The position numbers and the translations under genes were made by a program. Below, one piece after another: positions 9,554 through 18,863 of a DNA stretch of 64,000 bases. The stretch's first letter is position 1, and each line of letters opens with the position of its first letter. The notes beneath the pieces were generated by a model. That model searched no databases. It was not told the origin of the DNA and worked only from the letters and a program-made list of their open reading frames with translations. Origin of the DNA: Gemmatimonadaceae bacterium (lineage in GTDB: Bacteria > Gemmatimonadota > Gemmatimonadetes > Gemmatimonadales > Gemmatimonadaceae); the NCBI GenBank assembly GCA_045803545.1, contig JBJMOW010000002.1:224001-288000 (forward strand), written 5' to 3'.

Positions 9554-10492
9554 CACCGCACGGGCCGCTAGCTGAGCGATTGCGATGAGATCACTCGCTC
9601 GGCGCCGCGATGCTTTTTGAGTCTGTTCGGTCGTGACAAGCTCAAAGCGTATGGTCTCACCGGGCCGCCGCTGAGCGACGATCGGCAAGTCGGCTTCGGA
9701 GACGACGGCGATCTTTGGATAACCACCAACGGTCGGCCCATCAGCCATCAGGATGATTGGATGGCCATCCCCCGGAACCTGAATCGAACCCGGACACGCA
9801 GCCTCGGATGGCAGCGAACCCGGCGAAGGGCCTATAGACGGACCGTCCAGCTTATAGCCCGTGCGGTCAGACGCGCTGGAGACCCGATGGCTGCTCTCAC
9901 CGAGCACGTGAAAAGTGTCGTCGGCGAAGATCTCTGCCTGCGGTCCGGGCGTTATGTGCACTGTCTGGTTCTCATAGCGCGGCATCAACTCGGCGGCGCA
10001 ATGAAAACCTTCGCGAGGTGAAGGACCAGCGTTACCGAGCGCGAGCTGGTCGCCCGTCTTCACAAGGCGCCCATGCAATCCCCCGAAATGGCCAGGAAGA
10101 TAGGTGGATCGGCTACCGAGCACCGGCGGGACATCGATACCACCCGAGACGGCCAGATAGAGGAATCTGCCGCCGAGGAACTGCTCCACAACGAGCTGCT
10201 CCCCCGGTGCAGCGCGCATCGTGGTGCACGGAGGAACAGGTCTTCCGGCGATAGTTGCGCGCACTGAGGCGCCAACCAGTGCGAAGCTGGCAGTAGATGC
10301 GAAAGTCAAAACACCACCGGCCAGCGCCCATTCCAGTGCCGCGGAGTTGGAGCCGTTTCCGACCATGATGTTCGCTGCCCGAAGTGCAAACAGGTCCATT
10401 GCTCCACCGCGAGGAACGCCATCAGCACGAAACCCGATGCGGCCGGTGTCCTGGACTGCGAGATACGGAGGAGCCCTGGTTACCGTTATCAA
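9551..10492 (-). CDS. pxpC: 5-oxoprolinase subunit C
   Basis: VQDTGRIG...GVPRGGAMD, LGSRST, DGPTVGGYPKIA; operon with pxpA/pxpB. Confidence 0.88.
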   Translation of the reverse strand: MITVTRAPPYLAVQDTGRIGFRADGVPRGGAMDLFALRAANIMVGNGSNSAALEWALAGGVLTFASTASFALVGASVRATIAGRPVPPCTTMRAAPGEQLVVEQFLGGRFLYLAVSGGIDVPPVLGSRSTYLPGHFGGLHGRLVKTGDQLALGNAGPSPREGFHCAAELMPRYENQTVHITPGPQAEIFADDTFHVLGESSHRVSSASDRTGYKLDGPSIGPSPGSLPSEAACPGSIQVPGDGHPIILMADGPTVGGYPKIAVVSEADLPIVAQRRPGETIRFELVTTEQTQKASRRRASDLIAIAQLAARAV

Positions 10493-11136
10493 CCGGCGCG
10501 CTCGAATTTCACGGTGTCACCCGCTCTGAGCAGTGTCGGGGGGTCCCGCCTGGCGTCGAACATTGACGTCTCAGTGTGCCCGAGAATGTGCCAACCTCCA
10601 GGCGTGTCGAGCGGGTATACGCCGGTTTGAGTCGCCGCGATCGCCACACTGCCCGCAACAACGCGCGGCCGCGGCTGCTCACGTCTTGGGATCTGCAGAC
10701 GCGCGTCGAGCTCGCTCAGATAAGCCCAGCCCGGCACGAAACCCAACAAATCGACGGTGTAGGTTTTTGCCGAATGTAGTCCTACCACATCCTCGACATT
10801 CAAACCGAGGGCAGTCGCGACGCTCTCGAGATCGATGCCGTTGTAGTAGACGGGGATCTCATGGTGGCGCGGCTTGTCACTTCCTGCAACGTGGCTGTCG
10901 GCCGAGAGAATTCGGAGGATTTGTTCGGAGATCTCGCCGTACGAACGTTTGAGCGGATCATAAAACACGCTCACCGCTAGATACGCCGGAACGACATCTT
11001 CAACCCATTCGACGTGTTCCGATCGGATCTGTGCCGCCGCTGCGTGCACCTTTCGCAGCAGCTCCGGTGACCGCTCTCTGCCCAGCTCGATGGTGATTGC
11101 GCATTCGCCGAGCGGAAGAACGCGCGGCGTGTACAT
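10489..11136 (-). CDS. pxpB: 5-oxoprolinase subunit B
   Basis: ATG at 11136 overlapping pxpA stop; LGFVPGWAYL, GVYPLDTPGGWHILG. Confidence 0.88.
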   Translation of the reverse strand: MYTPRVLPLGECAITIELGRERSPELLRKVHAAAAQIRSEHVEWVEDVVPAYLAVSVFYDPLKRSYGEISEQILRILSADSHVAGSDKPRHHEIPVYYNGIDLESVATALGLNVEDVVGLHSAKTYTVDLLGFVPGWAYLSELDARLQIPRREQPRPRVVAGSVAIAATQTGVYPLDTPGGWHILGHTETSMFDARRDPPTLLRAGDTVKFERAG

Positions 11137-11963
11137 CAGGCAGCGAATGAGGTGATGCGAGCGCCGCTTTCCTCGAGTCGCCTGCGCACGGCACGCAGAA
11201 TCTTGAGCGAATCTGGATTGTCGCCGTGTACACAAAGCGAGTCGGCGAAGATCCGGATCTCGCTCCCGTCGCGGGCCCGTACGGTGTCGGTTGTGAAAAG
11301 GTTCACGGCGCGGACGATCGCAACGTTGACGTCGTGTATTACGGCATCCGGCTCGCTCCGTTTCACGAGCGTTCCGTCAGTATTGTAGGCTCGGTCGACA
11401 AACGCCTCGGCTGCGAATCTCATGTGATGGCGCTCGGCTGCAACTTCCATCCTGCTTTTGGGAAGTCCAAGCAAGGTGAGGCCAGCGTCGACACGCAAGG
11501 TCGCATCGACGATCGCCGCGGCAACTCCTTCGTCCCACGCCGCCCGATTATAGAGTGCACCGTGTGGCTTCACATAAGAGAGCCTTGCCGACTCTGCGCC
11601 GCAGACGTCGACCATCGATCTCAACTGGTATTCGACGTGGTGTTCGATCTGTTTCGGGGGCAGGCCAAGCTCTCGGCGACCGAAGCCCGGGATGTCCGGG
11701 TAGGAAGGGTGCGCGCCAATGGTGACACCTCGCTCCTTAGCAGCTCGGACCGTGTCGTGCATTGTTTGAGCATCGCCCGCGTGAAAGCCGCACGCGATAT
11801 TGGCGGAAGAGACCAGCTCGAGAAGTGCGGTGTCGTGCAATAACCTCGAGCTGCCGAATCCCTCTCCCAGATCGGCGTTCAAGTCGATAGTGGACTGCGT
11901 TGAGGCGGTTGCTATGTCTTCCTGCCCGAGGTTTTCATTGGCTTCGCTTCGACGACCGACCAC
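11136..11963 (-). CDS. pxpA: 5-oxoprolinase subunit A (LamB/YcsF)
   Basis: IDLNADLGEG, ANIACGFHAGD, VKPHGALYN, LCVHGD; start codon uncertain. Confidence 0.9.
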   Translation of the reverse strand: MVGRRSEANENLGQEDIATASTQSTIDLNADLGEGFGSSRLLHDTALLELVSSANIACGFHAGDAQTMHDTVRAAKERGVTIGAHPSYPDIPGFGRRELGLPPKQIEHHVEYQLRSMVDVCGAESARLSYVKPHGALYNRAAWDEGVAAAIVDATLRVDAGLTLLGLPKSRMEVAAERHHMRFAAEAFVDRAYNTDGTLVKRSEPDAVIHDVNVAIVRAVNLFTTDTVRARDGSEIRIFADSLCVHGDNPDSLKILRAVRRRLEESGARITSFAA

Positions 11964-12145
11964 TCTGAATCATCGTCTTCGAATCCGCCGCGCGAAACCT
12001 TCGGCAGCAGCTGTTCGCGAACGACGACAGGCGTCAGCCAGTAGGTAAATCCGTCGTCCGCGCTAACAGGTAGCCACGCAAACGTGGTTCGCACGCGCTC
12101 GTCACCGATCTTGCCCCGTGGGTCTCCCTTGGTTCTCCACTTCAC
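11912..12145 (-). CDS. small hypothetical protein
   Basis: GAGGA RBS before GTG; fills the gap between co-oriented genes; FAWLPV...YWL motif. Confidence 0.6.
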   Translation of the reverse strand: MKWRTKGDPRGKIGDERVRTTFAWLPVSADDGFTYWLTPVVVREQLLPKVSRGGFEDDDSEWSVVEAKPMKTSGRKT

Positions 12146-12163
12146 GCCGCAATTCCTCGCGTT

Positions 12164-12397
12164 CTAAACGCGGTCCTCGAGACCACGCACCCCTGACTGC
12201 CCGGCGCAGCTCGCGCAGCAATAGAAGGTTCCGTTACTCTCGAGTCCGTGTCCGATGATTTTGCAGCCACAGTGTGCGCACTTTGGAGCCAGCGCGTGGA
12301 TTGCGCACTCGAACGAGTCGAATGTGTGCGCCTTACCTCGCATCGTGACGGTGAACGATTTGTCGTAGTCGTTCCCGCACACTTCACACTGAGCCAT
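12164..12397 (-). CDS. metallothionein-like Cys-rich protein
   Basis: CEVCGNDYDKSF...FDSFECAIHALAPKCAHCGC...YCCASCA; GGAG RBS. Confidence 0.8.
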   Translation of the reverse strand: MAQCEVCGNDYDKSFTVTMRGKAHTFDSFECAIHALAPKCAHCGCKIIGHGLESNGTFYCCASCAGQSGVRGLEDRV

Positions 12398-12459
12398 TGA
12401 CGCTCCCGAAACGTTTTCCGGGGATTCTACGGCGAATCTAATGCCGCCGCGCAGAACGC

Positions 12460-12639
12460 TTACCTGAACACCTTGCGCATTTTGGTGTCCGGATCGCGCG
12501 CAAATCGAAACGTGAACCAGGCAAGATCAGTAACGAGCTCGTCGTAGGTCTGCGGATCGACCTTGTCCGCGACGATGTTCAAGCGGCCCGCGATTTGTCC
12601 TTTCAGATGTTCGATCCATTCTTTCGTGAAATCGGCCAT
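12460..12639 (-). CDS. 59-aa hypothetical protein (below the ORF-track cutoff)
   Basis: Manual translation MADFTKEWIEHLKGQIAGRLNIVADKVDPQTYDELVTDLAWFTFRFARDPDTKMRKVFR*; coding-like codon usage. Confidence 0.55.
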   Translation of the reverse strand: MADFTKEWIEHLKGQIAGRLNIVADKVDPQTYDELVTDLAWFTFRFARDPDTKMRKVFR

Positions 12640-12774
12640 TTGTTGTATCCGTGGATTCGCCAGCGCGGGAAAGTAAGCCCAACCACACGGGTTTGCGAGC
12701 GGGTTTTGGCTTGGTTTCTGCCTTTGTTTCGGGCCTGCAGCAGCAGCAAGGACGAACTCTCACAGGGGTCTGAA

Positions 12775-13581
12775 ATGCGTAAAGCAATCGTGACAATAGC
12801 CGCGGCCGGACTGCTCGCGGGGTGCGGCGTGTCGACGCAGCAGGAAGTACAAATGGGCCAACAGGAAGCGCAGCAGGTCAGCGCCCAACTCCCGATGGTT
12901 CAGGATTCCTACATCCAGAACTATGTGAACACGCTCGGACAGCGTATCGCGAGCAGAACTTCGCGTGCGGACCTTCAGTGGCAATTTCAGGTCGTGAATT
13001 CCGATGTCGTGAACGCCTTCGCATTGCCCGGTGGATTCATCTACATCAATCGCGGCGTGCTGGAGCGCGCGGATAACATGTCCGAAGTAGCGGGCGTGCT
13101 TGGTCACGAGATCGAACACGTCGTACGTCGGCATTCCGTCAAGCAGATGGAACAGGCGCAGGGCGCCAACGTCGGCGTGGGAATTCTTTGCGCGCTGACC
13201 GGCGTTTGTCAGAGTGGCGTGGCGCAGGCGGCGATCAACATCGGCGGCACCGCGGTTTTCGCCAAGTTCAGCCGCACCGATGAAGTGCAGGCGGATGAAG
13301 GCGGTTTCCAGAACGTCATTCGCGCCGGAATCAACCCTCGCGGAATGTTGACGCTGTTCCAGAAGCTTCTAGCCGAAGAGCAGTCCTCGGGGAACTCGAA
13401 CGTATCCGCGTGGTTCGCGGATCACCCGGGAACAACGGACCGTATCGCCGACATTCAGAGGATGCTGAATCAGACGCCGGCGTCGACGCTGAATCAGCTG
13501 CAGACCAACGATTCGAACTTCTCGACAATGAAGTCGCGGCTATCGAGGTTGGGGCCGGCACCGAAATCGGCGGGAGAGTAG
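12775..13581 (+). CDS. M48 family metalloprotease lipoprotein
   Basis: Lipobox LLAGC; NAFALPGG, HEIEH (HExxH), EVQAD, HP motif. Confidence 0.9.
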   Translation: MRKAIVTIAAAGLLAGCGVSTQQEVQMGQQEAQQVSAQLPMVQDSYIQNYVNTLGQRIASRTSRADLQWQFQVVNSDVVNAFALPGGFIYINRGVLERADNMSEVAGVLGHEIEHVVRRHSVKQMEQAQGANVGVGILCALTGVCQSGVAQAAINIGGTAVFAKFSRTDEVQADEGGFQNVIRAGINPRGMLTLFQKLLAEEQSSGNSNVSAWFADHPGTTDRIADIQRMLNQTPASTLNQLQTNDSNFSTMKSRLSRLGPAPKSAGE

Positions 13582-13726
13582 AGGACTGAGGACTTAGACC
13601 AAAGGCATCGATGATTGCCGACTAAGTGAGGATTGCAGACAATCGCGGACTTAAAGCGTCTTCTCCGCGATTGTCCTCGATCAGCAATTAGTCAGCAATC
13701 ATCGATGCCCCTAGTCCTCGGGCCTC
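13581..13726. repeat. long imperfect inverted repeat
   Basis: 13604-13625 pairs with 13688-13709 (21/22), 13638-13649 with 13664-13675 (12/12), outer gaggactgaggact/agtcctcgggcctc. Confidence 0.8.
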
Positions 13727-13737
13727 GGTCTGACGTA

Positions 13738-13820
13738 CGGAGGGTGAGGGATTCGAACCCCCAAGCCCTTGCGGGCGCCAGTTTTCAAGACTGGTGCAAT
13801 AGCCGTTCTGCCAACCCTCC
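13738..13820 (-). tRNA. tRNA-Ser(TGA)
   Basis: Cloverleaf with ccagt-CTTGAAA-actgg anticodon arm, long variable arm, GTTCGAATC T-loop, G73; CCA not encoded. Confidence 0.95.
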
Positions 13821-13907
13821 CTCGTCCTAAGATAAAAACGGCGGGAGGTCATTACCACCCTCGACCACCTCTAGTCTGACGAGCGAGAGCGAAAACTTTT
13901 TCGGTGG

Positions 13908-16145
13908 TCAGCGCGCTCCGAGCAGGTCTTCGAGCTGAGTCGCGCGCGCGATCGCCGCAACCTGCGACCTGATTTTCGTTGCATCCTGGATGTCGCGCTT
14001 CTGATCGAGGGCCGCACTCAACTCCATCCCGGTGCGGATATAGAGGTAAGGAATGCCCGCAGAGGGGCGATCGACCCATAGCTCCCGCTTAGCAATCGAC
14101 GCCGGCGCCGTGAAGGTCGTTTGCCAGAGCGCACGCGTCGTTGGGACATCGAACGGGCCGACCCCTGCTACAGTCACGAGGCTATCGTTGGCCACCGGGC
14201 GAGCCGGCAGCAGCTTTCGCGCAAGTCCGGTAACGACGGTGAAAGGAGTGAACCCCATCTCCTCGACATACCCACCCGTCGTGCGGCTGAAGAACACCGG
14301 CCGGTCGGGAAACGCATCGCGAATCATGTAGAGGACGAATAGGTCGGCCCGCTCCAGCCCCGTAAAGTCGGTAAATGCGCGCGGGCGAATGTTCACCACG
14401 ATTTGCGTTCCGTCTTTTCTGAAAGTCTGTGGCGCTGTGAGCTCGATTGCCGACGGAACAGCATCGGCTTCGTCCATCGTCATTTTGACTGGAGGTCCGC
14501 TTGGCCTTTTCCAGGCACGACCTCGATATGCGGTCGGCCCGCGCAGAGAATCATATTCGTACACTGGGCGCCGCAGCATTTGGCGGGTGTACCAGTCGGT
14601 GTTGAGTAACGACAGGCAGGCAACGATCACATCCTTTCTGATGCCCTGGACTTCCTGGGCGTACCACAATGGGAAAGTGTCGTTGTCGCCGGCGGTAACC
14701 AGAATCCCATACGGCTCGACCGAATTCAGAAGGTCCACTGCGAAATCGGCGGTGTCAGTCTGTCCGGCACGCGACGCGGATTTCCAGTTTCCGAACAATG
14801 GTACCAGCGCGAGTGCGAGTACCGGCGCAGACAGCAGCCAGCTCCGGCGCGTCGGCAATGTCAATGTCTCAGATCCGACCTCGAGCTTCTGGGATCGAAT
14901 CATTACCGCGATCGTTTCCCAGACGTACACGAGTCCCAGTGCTGCCCAGACACTCCACGCTGAAAAGCTCCACAGGTAGAAGTAGTCGCGATCTCGTACC
15001 TCACGCGGCACGCTGTCTCCGAGCTCGGGCGCCTGCGACGATCCATACTTGAAATTCATGTAGTAGATGAGCGCGATCGTCACGGTGAACATCAATGGAC
15101 CGAAGTAACCGAAGGAATGACGGTCGCGCTTCCAGTGGACGTAACCGCCGAGCCCACCCAGGAAAAGGAACAGGGTCGCAAGCATCGCCTGCAGACCGGC
15201 GTGATTCTGGAACGGATCGCGCAGCCACTGCCAGCGGAAGTAAACCCACCACATCTCGACCTGCGCGTAGAATGGCGCCTGTCGCTGAGACAATGCCGGC
15301 TTCCCGTACTGGCCGCGATTGAAGTTGTACATGAAGCGACGGACCGTTGCTTTGCTAAACGTGCAGCTCGCACTGATGGTTGTCGTGCAGCCTGTCGGCT
15401 CACCCTCGTTGATCGCCGGGAACCGTGCGGCACGGAGTGGCTGGGTGAGGAACGGCGTCATTCCCAACAGGAGTGCGCCGGCGATTGCGAGAAGAAGCTT
15501 CCAGCGGAGCATCGTATTGGGGCTGCGCAAGACAATGGCAATCGCCACCGCGGGCAATGCGAGGAACCCCGCCATGTGATTCGCGTAACCGAGACCGCTA
15601 AGGTAGGCGATGAGAACGAGCAGTCTATCCGCTTTCTCGCCGTGTGGATCGTCGCACCAGCGCACGATCAACCACGACACCAGCGCCAATCCCAACAGCG
15701 AGATAGTGTAGACCTTTTCGTTGACGACCGATTGCGACCAGACGGTGAAGGCGCTCGCGCCGATCAGTGCCGCCAGTGCTCCGCCGACGATTCGCTGCCA
15801 ACGGTCAGGCAGCCAGCCTACCAGCACCCGCTCGGTGATGAGAAACCAGAAGCCCGCTGCTGCGGCGCTGCAGAGCGCCGCCAGAATGTTGATCCGCATC
15901 GCGACGTTCGGTGCTATCGGCAGGATCGCGAAGAATCGACCGAGTATCACGAAGAACGGATTACCGGGCGGGTGGGGCAGGCCGAAGGTGTAAGCGGCAG
16001 CGATGTATTCGCTGGTGTCCCACATCGCCGTCGATGGCGCTAGCGTGAGCAAGTAAATCAGGAAAATAAAGGCCGACACTCCGGCAGCCGCGCGGTATGA
16101 CGGTCGATATTCCTCGTGCTCTCGCTCGAGAATGTCGGTCGTCAT
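13908..16145 (-). CDS. DUF2723 domain membrane protein (GT-C-like glycosyltransferase)
   Basis: WDTSEYI...PHPPGNP, RDRDYFY, GDNDTFPLWYAQEV motifs; many TM helices. Confidence 0.85.
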   Translation of the reverse strand: MTTDILEREHEEYRPSYRAAAGVSAFIFLIYLLTLAPSTAMWDTSEYIAAAYTFGLPHPPGNPFFVILGRFFAILPIAPNVAMRINILAALCSAAAAGFWFLITERVLVGWLPDRWQRIVGGALAALIGASAFTVWSQSVVNEKVYTISLLGLALVSWLIVRWCDDPHGEKADRLLVLIAYLSGLGYANHMAGFLALPAVAIAIVLRSPNTMLRWKLLLAIAGALLLGMTPFLTQPLRAARFPAINEGEPTGCTTTISASCTFSKATVRRFMYNFNRGQYGKPALSQRQAPFYAQVEMWWVYFRWQWLRDPFQNHAGLQAMLATLFLFLGGLGGYVHWKRDRHSFGYFGPLMFTVTIALIYYMNFKYGSSQAPELGDSVPREVRDRDYFYLWSFSAWSVWAALGLVYVWETIAVMIRSQKLEVGSETLTLPTRRSWLLSAPVLALALVPLFGNWKSASRAGQTDTADFAVDLLNSVEPYGILVTAGDNDTFPLWYAQEVQGIRKDVIVACLSLLNTDWYTRQMLRRPVYEYDSLRGPTAYRGRAWKRPSGPPVKMTMDEADAVPSAIELTAPQTFRKDGTQIVVNIRPRAFTDFTGLERADLFVLYMIRDAFPDRPVFFSRTTGGYVEEMGFTPFTVVTGLARKLLPARPVANDSLVTVAGVGPFDVPTTRALWQTTFTAPASIAKRELWVDRPSAGIPYLYIRTGMELSAALDQKRDIQDATKIRSQVAAIARATQLEDLLGAR

Positions 16146-17678
16146 CTAGTGGCGGAACTGCCTCTTGCCGGTGAAGACCATCGCGATGTCGTACTCGTTG
16201 GCTGCCTGAATGACATCTTCGTCACGCACCGACCCGCCTGGCTGAACGATGGCGGCGACGCCGGCTTCCGCCGCCTGCTCGACGCCGTCACGAAAAGGGA
16301 AGAACGCGTCGGACCCCATCACAGATCCACGGGTATCGTGACCGGCGAGCCCCGCCTTGTGCACTGAGAGAAACGCGGCGTCGACGCGAGACATCTGGCC
16401 AGCGCCGATTCCGATCGTCGCACCGTCCCGCGCCAGCACGATTGCGTTGGACTTCACGCTTCCGACCGCGCGCCATGCGAACTGCAGATCCTTCAACTCT
16501 GTTTCGGATGGCTGCCTCCGGGTGACGACCCGCCACTCGCTCTGACCCGCGTCCCGCGATGCCCGCTCCTGCGCCAGGAAACCACCGCGCACTCGCTTGA
16601 AGTCCAGCGCATGGTCTCGCCACTGAGCGCGCCCTTCGAGCACGCGCAGGTTCTTCTTGCGGCCGAGAATCTCCAGCGCACCGTCGCTGAACTTCGGCGC
16701 AACGATGCATTCGACAAAAAGACTGGAGACAGCCTCCGCCGTTTCGTCGTCAACCGGAACGGTGAACGAAATCACCGAACCGAAGGCCGATAACGGATCA
16801 CAAGCCAGCGCTTTCCTGTACGAATCGAGGGGCGATGTACCGGTCGCAAGCCCGCACGGAGTGGTGTGCTTGACGATCGCGCAGCATACTTCCTCCGAGA
16901 ACGGATCGCTGGCAAACAGTGCTCCCTCGAGATCGAGGAGGTTGTTGAAGGACAGCTCCTTGCCGCCTTTCTGCTGCAGCGCGGCGATGCCGTCGTGCTT
17001 GCGCTCGACGTAAAACGCGGCCCGCTGGCCCGGATTCTCGCCGTACCGAAGATTGCTTTCCTTCATCAGCGGAATGGCGAGCCGGTCGGAGAAGACTTCG
17101 GAGCGCTGGCACCCGAACCAGTAGGCGATCGCAGAGTCGTACGCGGCAGTGCGCGCAAAAACCTTCTCGGCGAGCAGTCGACGCAAATCGAGATCGTCGT
17201 CACCTGCCTCGAGCGCTGCCAACACTCTCGCATAGTCGGCCGGATCCACGATCACCGTCACCGACTCGAAATTCTTGGCGGCTGAGCGCAACATCGATGG
17301 TCCGCCGATGTCGATTTGTTCGATGACTTCCGACGGCGTAACGCCTTTTCGCACCGCGGTCTGTTCAAAGGGGTAGAGATTCACGGCGACGAGATCGATC
17401 AGAGAGATCCCATGCTCTCTGACGGCGTTCATGTGCTCGGGCACATCCCGGCGCGCGAGCAAGGCGCCGTGAATCGCCGGGTGAAGTGTCTTCACTCGGC
17501 CATCGAGCATCTCCGGAAACTGAGTGATCTCGCTCACTTCGCGGACGGGAACGCCAGCCTCGCGCAGCGCCTTCGCTGTGCCACCGGTGGAGATTAGACC
17601 CCAGCCTAGCTGAACGAGACCCTTTGCGAAATCGATAAGGCCGGTCTTGTCAGAGACCGAGAGCAGCGCTGTGGGCAT
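16146..17678 (-). CDS. purH: bifunctional AICAR formyltransferase/IMP cyclohydrolase
   Basis: ALLSVSDKTG, GRVKTLHP, LRYGENP, SDAFFPF, RQFRH. Confidence 0.97.
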   Translation of the reverse strand: MPTALLSVSDKTGLIDFAKGLVQLGWGLISTGGTAKALREAGVPVREVSEITQFPEMLDGRVKTLHPAIHGALLARRDVPEHMNAVREHGISLIDLVAVNLYPFEQTAVRKGVTPSEVIEQIDIGGPSMLRSAAKNFESVTVIVDPADYARVLAALEAGDDDLDLRRLLAEKVFARTAAYDSAIAYWFGCQRSEVFSDRLAIPLMKESNLRYGENPGQRAAFYVERKHDGIAALQQKGGKELSFNNLLDLEGALFASDPFSEEVCCAIVKHTTPCGLATGTSPLDSYRKALACDPLSAFGSVISFTVPVDDETAEAVSSLFVECIVAPKFSDGALEILGRKKNLRVLEGRAQWRDHALDFKRVRGGFLAQERASRDAGQSEWRVVTRRQPSETELKDLQFAWRAVGSVKSNAIVLARDGATIGIGAGQMSRVDAAFLSVHKAGLAGHDTRGSVMGSDAFFPFRDGVEQAAEAGVAAIVQPGGSVRDEDVIQAANEYDIAMVFTGKRQFRH

Positions 17679-17679
17679 G

Positions 17680-18279
17680 TCAGACAGAAATCTTGGATTC
17701 GACGTTGAGAAGGATCGCTACCATTTCGATAACGCGTGGATAAACGACGTGCTCCACGCTCAGAATGCGTAAAGCGAGCGCCTCGGGGGTGTCGCCGGCC
17801 TCGACCGGTACTCGCCACTGTGCAACGATTGCTCCCCGATCGTAATCGTCATTCACTACATGCACGGTCACACCGCTTTCCTTCGCCCCGGAAGCAATGA
17901 CTGCCTCGTGGACGCGTGCACCGTACATGCCCTCCCCACCGAAATCCGGCAGCAGGGCAGGGTGGATGTTGAGGATTCGGCCCGAGTATTCGCGAACGAC
18001 CCTGGGCGGAACACGTTTGAGGTAACCTGCCAGCACGACCAGGTCGACGCGAAAGCGCTGAAGGATCTCGAGCAGCTGATCGCCATCATCCGCCGCGTCG
18101 AAGCTGGCAATGTCGATCGATGCCGTGGCAGCGCGGATCAGTGCAGGCGAGTCGGGGCGGTTGGAGGCGACAAGAACTACTTTGGCGATGCGCTCGCGCG
18201 AAATATTGTCGAAATGATCGATGATCGCCTGCAGATTGGAGCCGCGCCCCGAGGCGAGAACGGCGAGTCGTGAGGACAT
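17680..18279 (-). CDS. purN: phosphoribosylglycinamide formyltransferase
   Basis: LASGRGSNLQA, LNIHPALLP, SGVTVH. Confidence 0.95.
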   Translation of the reverse strand: MSSRLAVLASGRGSNLQAIIDHFDNISRERIAKVVLVASNRPDSPALIRAATASIDIASFDAADDGDQLLEILQRFRVDLVVLAGYLKRVPPRVVREYSGRILNIHPALLPDFGGEGMYGARVHEAVIASGAKESGVTVHVVNDDYDRGAIVAQWRVPVEAGDTPEALALRILSVEHVVYPRVIEMVAILLNVESKISV

Positions 18280-18287
18280 CCCCGATT

Positions 18288-18863
18288 TTACGGTTTGCGC
18301 TTTCGCGGAGTAAGACCGCTGAGCAACTTGCCGACCGCAGCGGCGAGATCGGGCGCAGTTTCGAAGCCATCATTTCTCGCTCGCTGTCGATCTTCCGAGG
18401 TCGTCTCCGAGGAATCGATCATGATCCCACGCCCGCCAAGTTTCTTCGCCGCGACTACATCGCGCCAGCGGTCGCCAATGTAGGCAGCATGTGCGGGATC
18501 GAGCTCGAGCTCGGCGATCGCCTGTTCGAACATCTGCGTTGCGGGCTTACGACAATTGCAGACCGGCGGATCGTCCGGCAGATGTGGGCAGTAGTAGCTG
18601 GCATCGACGTGAGCGTCCTCGTCACGGAGAAGTGATTCGAAACGCGCGCGCACCTTCTCGTAGTCATCGGTGGTGAAGATTCCGCGCGCGATCCCCGACT
18701 GATTGGTGACGACGATGACCGGAATGCCGGCATCGTTGATCCTCTTCACGGCGGCAGCGGCACCTGGTAACAGGCGTACCTGTTCCGGTGATTTGATGTA
18801 GTGCGCGTCTTCCATGATCGTGCCGTCGCGATCCAGGAAGACCGCGCTTGGCTGTCTATTCAC
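18288..18863 (-). CDS. gmhB: HAD-IIIA phosphatase, heptose bisphosphate phosphatase-like
   Basis: FLDRDGT, VTNQSGIARG, CPH..CNCRKP, IGDRWRD; GTG start overlaps selA stop. Confidence 0.8.
   Translation of the reverse strand: MNRQPSAVFLDRDGTIMEDAHYIKSPEQVRLLPGAAAAVKRINDAGIPVIVVTNQSGIARGIFTTDDYEKVRARFESLLRDEDAHVDASYYCPHLPDDPPVCNCRKPATQMFEQAIAELELDPAHAAYIGDRWRDVVAAKKLGGRGIMIDSSETTSEDRQRARNDGFETAPDLAAAVGKLLSGLTPRKRKP

Noticed and set aside
12431..12446. Fifth sigma54 site before the metallothionein-like gene
   Set aside because: GG-N10-GC spacing fits but the -12 box is TCGC rather than TTGC/CTGC; too weak in GC-rich DNA
15117..16043. Long antisense ORFs (also 28193-29059, 41536-42438, 2262-3035, 59478-60197)
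   Set aside because: Shadow frames of well-supported genes in GC-rich DNA, no motifs
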